The translations under genes and the position numbers were made by a program. Below are positions 11,601-22,332 of a DNA stretch of 64,000 nucleotides, piece by piece. The stretch spans positions 24,862,001 through 24,926,000 of the forward strand of contig NC_042999.1 in the NCBI RefSeq assembly GCF_006345805.1. Reading direction: 5' to 3'. Source of the stretch: Octopus sinensis. Taxonomy: Eukaryota. Every line of letters begins with the position of its first letter. Position 1 is the first letter of the stretch. The notes beneath the pieces were generated by a model that was not told the DNA's origin, did not search any database, and saw only the letters and a list, made by a program, of their open reading frames with translations.

Positions 11601-14299
11601 CATCTTTTTCTCTTGGCTTTATTGAGAAAATTCTATAGTTTGTAAGATATTTGTTGTTTTTTTTCTTCAATTTCTGCAATTTCAACCAATCAATGACCGT
11701 CTGTTGCGGTGAAAACATTCTGTGCCGTATGAATATGTCCCTCGTTCAAGAAATAGATTGGGTTTATTTACATTTGTGAAGAAAAAAGATACCCTTACCC
11801 CCACTCCTAACCCTAACCCCAAAACAGATTGAAATGCAATAGATCGATACTAGGGTCATAATTATGGGTGACAATTTCATATGATACTGCTAGAAAAAAC
11901 TGCCGTTCAAACCGAAAAGATCCAATATCATTTGTCCCCACTATGGTGGTTACCTGTATGTGAAAGGCTTCATGTAATATTGACTGTTGCACAAAAACCT
12001 TCATTTGGGTGTAACATTTCCTGTTTGTTTAAGAAGTTGGCTGTGAGCTCATGTGGTTCCATGTACCATCCAATGATATGACACATTAGGCAAATGTCTT
12101 CTACATTAACTTCAGGTCATTCCCAAATTTTGGGTGATAACTGAATTGACAGTAACTGTATCTATTCTTTGGTGATAGACTTCATCTGTCACCCTGTTTA
12201 TCATACTCTATTGAGTTCACTCTGTTGCAAGCAATCATTCTAGGTCCCTAGTCTGAGAACTTGCTCCCTACCAAGCTTTGTGATTCTACAAAATGATCTT
12301 TAACTGCTGCTCTTCCTATTTTGATTAATCTTTATTACCAGCATGGAATCAACTTGGATTTAATGACAGTACTAGCTTGATGGTTGGTGATGGATTCTTG
12401 TTGAAATACTAGAGCTGATTCCCATTGTACTCACCAAATTCTCAGAAGTGCTTGAACTCTGGTGCATCAGCTGATGAAGCAATCATTAATTAAGTAGTGC
12501 TCCCACTACTCTGAATGTTGAGCTGTACCTAACCACAGTACATGTTTAAAGCGGAGGCGCAATGGCCCAGTGGTTAGGGCAGCGGACTCGCGGTCATAGG
12601 TTCGCGGTTTTGATTCCCAGACCAGGCGTTGTGAGTGTTTATTGAGCGAAAACACCTAAAGCTCCACGAGGCTCCGGCAGGGGGTGGTGGTGATCCCTGC
12701 TGTACTCTTTCACCACAACTTTCTCTCACTCTTACTTCCTGTTTCTGTTGTACCTGTATTTCATAGGGCCGGCCTTGTCACTCTCTGTGTCACGCTGAAT
12801 CTCCTCGAGAACTACGTTAAGGGTACACGTGTCTGTGGAGTGCTCAGCAACTTACACGTTAATTTCACGAGCAGGCTGTTCCGTTGATCGGATCAACCGG
12901 AACCCTCGTCGTCGTAACCGACGGAGTGCTTCCATCCACATGTTTAAAACTGAATTAGCAGGACCATAGTTAAATGCCTTGGCCATGAGCACAGTTCAGT
13001 GCTGGTGACTGGAAATGACTTCTTAACCTTTTGACTCACACCTTGTTGACTGTGATTCTACAAGAAATATGTATTACTTATAAGCAGAGGCAAGTGTGTG
13101 ACACTTGTGGAGACCTGTTGAGGCAAGTGTGTGACCCTTGTGAAGACCTGTTGAGGCAAGTGAAAATCAAACCAAATCAAAATAGATGAATATCAATGGA
13201 ATTTGTATCTTTGTGGTTCCAGTACCGGTGGCACACAAGAAAACCATCCGAACGTGGCCGTCGACTGGCCTCCGTGCTGTGGGCACAACAAACACCATCT
13301 GATCGTGGCCGTTCGCCAGCCTCACCTGGCACCTGTGTCGGTGGCACATAAAAACACCACCACCATCCAAAGACCCGGCGACGTAGTCAGTCCACCTGTG
13401 CTTACCTTCCCTCTTATGACACTTGTGAAGACCTGTTGAGGCAGAGGCAAGTGTGTGACACTTTGTGAAGACCTGTTGAGGCAGAGGCAAGTGTGTGACA
13501 CTTGTGGAGACCTGTTGAGGCAAGTGTGTGACACGCGTGACACTTGTGAAGACCTGTTGAGGCAAGTGAAATCAAACCAATCAAAATAGATGAACATCAA
13601 TGGAATTTGTATCTTTGTGGTTCCAGTACCGGTGGCACACAAGAAAACCATCCGATCGTGGCCGTTCGCCAGCCACATCTGGCACCTGTGTCGGTGGCAC
13701 ATAAAGACACCATCCGAAGACCCGGCGACGTAGACAGTCCACCTATGCATACCTTCCTTCTTGTGACACTTGTGAAGACCTGTTGAGGCAAGTGAAAATC
13801 AAATCAAATCAAATCAAATCAAATCAAAACAAATCAAAATAGATGAACATAAATGGAATTTGTATCTTTGTGGTACCAGTGCCGGTGGCACACAAGAAAA
13901 TCATCCGAACGTGGCCGTAGCCAGTACCGCATAGACTGGCCTCCGTGCTTTGGGGACGTAACAAACACCATCCGATCGTGGCCGTCCGCCAGCCTCATCT
14001 GGCACCTGTGTCGGTGGCACATAAAAACACCATCCGAGCGTGGCCGTCTGCCAGCCTCGTCTGGCACCTGTGTCGGTGGCACATAAAAAACCATCCGAGC
14101 GTGGCCGTTCGCCAGCCTCGTCTGGCACCTGTGTCGGTGGCACATAAAATCACCCACTACACTCTCGGAGTGTTGGCGTTAGGAAGGGCATCCAGCTGTA
14201 GAAACACTGCCAGATCTGACTGGCCTGGTGCAGCCTTCGGGCTCCCCAGACCCCAGTTGAACCGTCCAACCCATGCTAGCATGGAAAACGGACGCTAAA

Positions 14300-14330
<31 letters not shown>

Positions 14331-16920
14331 TTTTACTTTTCTCTTTGCAGCAATATGCCACAAATTTAGTGATGAAATTACAGATGTTTATACAAGTAAG
14401 CTCTCCTTAATATTATTGTAGTTATAAATTTCCCATTGTGACATGTGGAAATGTTTATCTGTTAGAGGAATTAATAAGAGATGGGAAGTTTTCAATTAAC
14501 CATTGAACTGTGAAACAGAGGTGGACCTTTTTTGTCATGTTCATAATTACAATTATTGCTATCATCATCATAGTTGTCATTTTTGGATCTTTTCCTTTTG
14601 AACGGCAGACAATTTCTAGTTAACTAAATACTTTAAAACTTTGTATACTGGTAGAATGTGTCAAAATAAAACATTTTTTCTCTTGGCTTTCTTGAGAAAA
14701 TTGTAATTTGTTTATTTAACGTAGTTTAATTTTTTGAATTTTAACCAATCAATGGTCTCTATTGAGCTAAAATCATTTGCTGCGTCTAAAACTGAGACAA
14801 CATCCTGTCACTAACCCTAAACCTCCCCCCAATCCTAAATTTTTTTTTTCTTAATTGTTAAATTAATTTAATTGTTACTCGTGTAAAAAAAACTAAAGCA
14901 ATGGAAAATAATTTAAACAATTAACAAGCAAAATAATTCTATAATTTTATACACACACTTTCCGTACGTATACGGAAAGTGTGTGTATAAAATTATAGAA
15001 TTATTTTGCTTGTTAATTGTTTAAATTATTTTCCATTGCTTTAGTTTTTTTTACACGAGTAACAATTAAATTAATTTAACAATTAAGAAAAAAAAAATTT
15101 AGGATTGGGGGGAGGTTTAGGGTTAGTGACAGGATGTTGTCTCAGTTTTAGACGCAGCAAATGATTTTAGCTCAATGGAGGTAATCGATTGGTTAAAATT
15201 GCCGAAATGCTCGGATTTTCAGATGAAATATCTTACAAACTATAGAATTTTCTCAATAAAACCAAGAGAAAATGATGTTTTATAAACACATTCTACCAGT
15301 ATACGAAGTTTAAAACTTTTTAGATACCTAGAAATTATGTTACAAACTGCCGTTCAAAAGGAAAAGATCCTCATTTTTATGCCCAATTTTTCCATGTTGG
15401 CATGGGTTACACAATTGCTTGAGATAGTATCCTGTAGTCAGATACCTCTCATGATGCCAACCCAATTACTATACATTACCTTAAAGGGTAATTTATAGTA
15501 ATTGAAATGTAATAGTTCCAAGCACTTATCATCTGCTTGATTTCTTCTGAATCAGTGAATAAATTTCCAGTATAAATGCTAGTATTCATCATATAGACCT
15601 TTGAAAAATGAGAAGTAAAATCAGCCCCCGTGGCATTTGAATTTCAACAAAGGCAGGTTTTCGTTTCAAAACTCGGTTGTTTTTACCAGTTTTTATGTCT
15701 TTTGTAATGTCCATGACAGTCAGACAAAGGATAAGAACCAAAGATGTTACATTCTCCGTTCTCATAATACCAATTGTGATTATCAAACCCTGTGTAGTCT
15801 CCTATGAGCTAAATGTTACAAAGACTATTAATCACTATTATAGATTTGGCTCTAACTTAAAGCCCATGGCGTATGATAGTGAAATACTCTCAAATGAAAG
15901 CATCTTTTTTTTTACTTTTACTTTTACTTGTTTCAGTCATTTGACTGCTGCCATGCTGGAGCACCACCTTTAGTCGAGCAAATGGACCCCGGGACTTATT
16001 CTTTGTAAGCCCAGTACTTATTCTATCGGTCTGTTTTGCTGAACCGCTAAGTGACGGGTACGTAAACACACCAGCATCGGTTGTCAAGCAATGCTAGGGG
16101 GACAAACACAGATACACAAACACATACACACACACATATATATATATATATACATATATACGACAGGCTTCTTTCAGTTTCCGTCTCCCAAATCCACTCA
16201 CAAGGCCTTGGTCGGCCCGGGGCTACAGCAGAAGACACTTGCCCAAGATGCCACGCTCATCATCATCATCATCATCATTTAACGTCCGTTTTCCGCGCTA
16301 GCACGGGTTGGACGGTTTCGACCGGGGTCTGGGGAGCTCGGGACTGCCCCAGGCTCCAGTCTAGTCTGGCAGTGTTTCTACAGCTGGATGCCCTTCCTAA
16401 CGCCAACCACTCCGCGAGTGTAGTGGGTGTTTTTTACGTGCCACCTGCACAGGTGCCAGAGGGGTCTGGCATCGGCCACGTTCGGATGGTGCTTTTTATG
16501 TGGGGGGGGGGGAGAAATATAGGGGAGCACCAGTGGGGAGGGGTGGTTCAGAGAAATGATGACAGGTTCTAGGCAAGTAGAACGTAGGATATCAGAGAGG
16601 GGTAATGCATGGTCAAATAGCGTATTGAAGAGGGGGGTTCGAAGAGTAGACACCTATAATGGTGGTGGGAGAAGCGACATCCGGTATAGATGGAGCAAAA
16701 ATATAGAGATATCCGTATTGGTGGTGGGGGTGGGCAAGGGCGGGTGCACCGGGAATATGACGGGCTGGCTTAAAAATGCTCTTAGCAAAGAAGAGGGGGG
16801 ATGGCAGACAACGTAAAAGAGGGAGAGAGAGAAGGGAAATAGTGGAACCCCGCGAAAATGGGCCGCCATTGAAAAAACCCCTGTATGGAGAAATAATATG
16901 CAATACAAGGCGAAGCTGAA

Positions 16921-16951
<31 letters not shown>

Positions 16952-18118
16952 TAATAATAATAATAATAATAAGCAAATTTTCGACCGAGGATCAAAGGGA
17001 CAATACTAATCATGAAATTTAATTTCCCCAAGGAAATTAAACTCTGTGAATTCTCCTATAAACTTTATTGCTGACATACACTGTCACCAGCTTACTCATT
17101 ACAGATTTTATATTTTTGGGTAAAGAACACCAGTCTTTTGTAAAAGTAATTACATTTGATTGAATCAACTTTGATATATATTGCACTATGAGAACCTACA
17201 CAGTTGCTTGATTTATTAAAAATTAAAAAAAACAGCCAAATCTCTCTCGGTTTCAATGCTACCATCTTAAAAAAGGAGACATTCAAGAATGGGATGGTCA
17301 TAACTGGAATGCTTTTAATCAAAGGTCTATTGAATCTGAGCTTATCTGGGGTTAAATAAGTACATATTTTGTTTCCCCTCTTCTCATCTTCTTGGTGTCT
17401 TAGTCTCCTATTATAATTCCAGTCACCTCTTTGATATATTATAAGAATGTATGTCTTATAGGAATATAGATGAACCCCAGTACTTAACTGGTATTTTCTT
17501 TTATTGACCCCCCCAAAAAATGGAAGTTGATCTCAGTGGAATTTGAACATAAAGAACTGTAACTAAATATCACAAGGTATTTTGTCAAAGGCGGCGAGCT
17601 GGCAGAATCGTTAGCACGCCGGGCAAAATGCTTAGCGGTATTTCATCTGCCGTTATGTTCTGAGTTCAAATTCCGCCGAGGTCGACTTTGTCTTTCATCC
17701 TTTCAGGGTTGATAAATTAAGTACCAGTTACGCACTGGGGTCGATGTAATCGACTTAATCCGTCTGTCTGTCCTGGTTTCTCCTCTCTGTGTTTAACCCC
17801 TTGTGGGTAGTAAAGAACTAGGTATTTTGTCCAATACTCTACCAATTCTGTCAATCTAAGTTAGAATCAATTTCAGTCATATTTGAACTCAGTGGAGAAA
17901 GAGGGATGGAAATAAATGCAGTAAGTGATTTAGCTTGTTGCTTTATATATTCCTCCATCTAGTCATTCATTCAACATCATTCACATTATTTATCCTCTAT
18001 CCTCTTCAGAAACCTTTCCTCTTTCAATGATCCTGTTTAATGTAATTCTGTTAATCTCATTTCAGGAAGTCAATAATGTTATAGAAGACTCCAGCCAGCA
18101 AGCCTTACAGAATTTACC

Positions 18119-18156
<38 letters not shown>

Positions 18157-19702
18157 ACACACACACACACACCTGCTAGAAATTGCTGCCAGATTTTACT
18201 TAAATAACACACTACTGTTAATGTATGGTTTAAGAGAGATTTTGCTACTATTTCTAGCAAGTCAAGTCAGTCGCATAGTGCCTGCTATATAGACTTGACT
18301 TCACAGTCAAATGGTTCTCTACAGGAAGAGCATCATGCTATGAGAAACAGTTCCTCCAAAACTGGGTTAATCACTAAATCGGTGATAGTGTGAGTAAAAT
18401 GGATTAATCTCTGATGGTGAGAACTACAAGGTAGTGTCTATAATTTGCAGCAAAGGAAACATTACAAGAAGCTTAATTCAAAAAGTACTTGTTTCATCCT
18501 GTGCCACTATGCATTCACATAAGATATACACTGACATATGTACTTATATCTATGATGGGTTTTGGTACAATTTCTGTCTCCCAAATTGTTCAATTTGAGT
18601 CTATGCTATGAATCAATAGGATTGAATCTGGGTCAAGGATTACCAGAATCAGGAAAGCTTCTCTGGGCTTCTTGACAGGTTATTGATCTTTGTGAAATGG
18701 AAATCTCATTCCTAAGATGCTATTTGTTTCCAGCTCTCTGTGTAAACATGTCTGTTGTTTGGTAGACTGGGACATTATTGGCTTGTTTGGTAACAGATGG
18801 GGGTTGGTGTTAGGTAAGGCATTTGCCCCTACATATCTGATTCATGCAAGAATGGAAAAGTAAATGTTAAAATGAGGATTATGATGTTAGTCTGTCAGAG
18901 AAAACACCTTGTATTTAGTTGGTTGTAAAGGAATCTTGCTTACTCTTTTACTCTTTTACTTGTTTCAGTCATTTGACTGCGGCCATGCTGGAGCACCGCC
19001 TTTAGTTGAGCAAATCAACCCCGGGACTTATTCTTTGTAAGCCCAGTAGTTATTCTATTGGTCTCTTTTGCCAAACCACCTAAGTGACGGGGACGTAAAC
19101 ACACCAGCATCGGTTGTTAAGCAATGCTAGGGAGACACACACAAACATACATATATATATATATACGACGGGCTTCTTTCAGTTTCCGTCTACCAAATCC
19201 ACTCACGGCCCGGGGCTATAGCAGAAGACACTTGCCCAGGATGCCACGCAGTGGGACTGAACCCGGAACCATGTGGTTGGTTAGCAAGCTACTTACCACA
19301 CAGCCACTCCTACTACTATGTAGTAATTTTGTTTTACATTTTTTGACCAAGCAAGCCATGTCATAATTAAAGAGATTAATATATTAACTATTCAAAGTTA
19401 GCCTAAAAAGTGGTGATTGGATGGATACTTGCTTGGATATTTACTCAATTTTGATGCCAATTCTCACACTTAACATTATTCTAAAACATGGAGCAATAGA
19501 AAACTTTACAGCATTTAGGTCTATATTTAAGAGATGAGGAATTAGGTACATTATTTAAATTATTTACATTGTTTACATTTGACGGATATTTGTCCTCATC
19601 TTGTTCGTTGATAACACGTTTCGGCTGATATACCCTCCAGCCTTCTTCGGGTGTCTTGGGGAAATTTCAAACCTGGGTTCTCATTCCTAAGGTATTTTTC
19701 AA

Positions 19703-19736
<34 letters not shown>

Positions 19737-22293
19737 GTTAATGTGCAGGTCACTACTTGGAATCGAACTCGGAATCTTGGGGTTAGTAGCCCGTGCAATA
19801 AACCACTACCCCATATGCCCATGGGCATATGGCATAGTGGTTAAGAGCATGGGCTACTAACCCCAAAATTCTGGGTTCGATTCCAAGTAGTGACCTGAAC
19901 ACTAACAATAATAATAATAATAACATTGAAAAATACCTTAGGAATGAGAACCCAGGTTCAAAATTTCCCCCAGGACACCTGCAGAAGGCTGGAGGGTATA
20001 TCAGCCGACACGTTGCGTTAACAACAAATAAGATGAGGACAAATATACGTCAAATGTAAATAATGTTTACAGCATTTAGTTTTATCCTTTTATGTTTTGA
20101 GTTCAAATCAGCCTTTTTTTTTATCCTTGATTTTTAATTCTTAGAGGTTAGAAAATAGTTTAAGTTATCTGAACTTGTCTTCCATTGCCACTGTTAGTGA
20201 TCCTTAAACTAATACTTTTTTTTTTTTTTACATTCCAATAAGGGTAATGAGAGAAATAGAAGCTGTTCGTCAAGAAGCAGCACTTCTTCAAGATCAAATG
20301 AGACTAGTCAAACAAGATATTCAAAAGGTAAATACATACCCCCACTCTCTCTAGCCACTAACATTCTTTATTTTCTCTCCTTGTTTCTTTCTGTCCTCCT
20401 TTCTGAGGAAGAGCGTTGGCTCGAAATGTTAAAGACTTTTTCACTTGCCGAGCGTTAAACTAATGCATCTGTTTGTTGTCTACACCACCTGTCTTTATCC
20501 TTTGTTTTTTTTTGTGAATTTTCCCTATATATATATATCTTGCAAACAACTTGCACATGCAAGTGCTACCAGTCAAAAACTCCGGAAGCCAGCAAGTGTA
20601 TGGGGTCATCAGGAGAGAATGCACACCGTTTCGGGGCCTACCTCTCGACGGCATCAATGCGCACCCCCCCCCCCCCTCACTGATATGAACCCCCGATTGC
20701 TAGATCTGCTGGTTATCAAATAAAGCTCAATATCCTTCTAGCCATCACTCATCTTCTCTTTTTAACCAAATCCAGTGGCTAGCCTTCTCCACTGTAGATT
20801 GGATATCGGTAATGGTGGTATTGACTTTACGATGAGTTAAGCCTAGCGATAAATATCTATATATATATATATATTTGTGATAAAAGCTGTATTGGTATCG
20901 GATATCTCACAGATAGCTGAATCAGAACACATAGCAGCTGCTAATGTTTGTTGCATAAACTTACTTTGTGTGACCACCACCTTCCAATCTTGTATTATAT
21001 TGTGGATGTATCCCCACCTGCTGTGAATTATGCTTTGTGAATTCACCACTTGCTAATTTATTATCTCGTGCACCTTCCCACCTGCTAATCTACCATTATG
21101 TATTGTGTCAACACCTCCCACTTGCTAATTATTGTGACCAGACTAACAAACAGTAACATTTGCTAAACAAGTGGTATATTTTCTCAGATACATCACTTGG
21201 TTATAAGTGAGATATTTTATAGAATCAGTATTAGTAGGTATGAAAGAGAGAAGCTGAAATTTTGTATTGTATAGCACTTGTGAAATGTGTTCTTACTTTG
21301 CGTTTATATTTTAGGTTGAACAGGACACCTCTCAGTCCATGCAGACCCTCTTGAAACTTGATGGCATAAAATCTCGGATGAAAGCAACTTCTGATGCTCT
21401 CAAGGTAAAATGGATTTTACTAAAATCACAGAAAATCACATTCTGAGATTACTGTTTATGTTTGGAGTTAACTTTGATTTGTAAGTGTTTGAGTGTGTAT
21501 GTGTATATATATATATATATATACACACACACATGTGTGTGTGTGTATAATATATATGTATATATATAAAATACAAAATGGGACAAGAACGCAAAACATC
21601 CAGACAGTTAGGTGATACAAGAAAGGGACAACAAAACATCCAGATAGACGATACAAAGAAAACAAGGACGTTGGAGTTTTCTTTCCTCAGTTGAGTTCCA
21701 GATTATATTTGCAATTTCAGCTGGTTATACTCGAGATTGCTCCAATCTGGCCAGCCCCAAGGAAAAACTAAGCTAAAAGCATTAGATTCCTTGAAGAAAA
21801 TCAGCGAATGTATACGAAAACAAGGACGGAAAAAAATGGTGAAAGTTACAGAAATACAAATACCAGGACATAACAACAGGTGTCTTTCGACTAAGGACGA
21901 ATTAAATTAAGCTGGTGTGTGTGGAAGTAAAGCCTCATGGCAGGGATGCAAGATTTCACAGGCACAGGGAAGAATATAGATGTTGCACGGACAATGGCTG
22001 AACCATGAAAGAAAGGTCAGGCTTGGCTGAACACCAGTCATGTGGGGAGAAAAGAGAGAAGTAGAAGCAGAGGGACAGAAGAAATAAGAAGGGGCAAGAA
22101 AAAATGACAGGGACACAGTGAGGTGAAAAGAGGAGGGAAAGTGAGCATGAAGAGAAGGCAATGAAATGTGAGAGACTGGGAATGAATGAAGTAAGCATGA
22201 AAGGGCTGATAGAAGGAAAGAATAAGAGAATAGAGTCGTACAAGATTTTGATAAATATATACTTAGATATAAGAGACCAAAGTGTACGTAGGC

Positions 22294-22332
<39 letters not shown>

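Noticed and set aside
11805-11822. Interstitial telomere or chromosome fusion scar
   Set aside because: Only two to three CCCTAA units, always at the same position inside MITE copies.
19822-19895. tRNA gene (apparent ACT anticodon loop)
   Set aside because: No acceptor stem pairing and it is embedded in a TSD-flanked repeat; a tRNA-derived head only. The same applies to the SINE heads at 8850, 9710, 12551 and 25873.
20600-20660. Minus-strand GAAAC...CTGATGA resembling a permuted hammerhead
   Set aside because: Both sides of the would-be stem II are CCCC and cannot pair.
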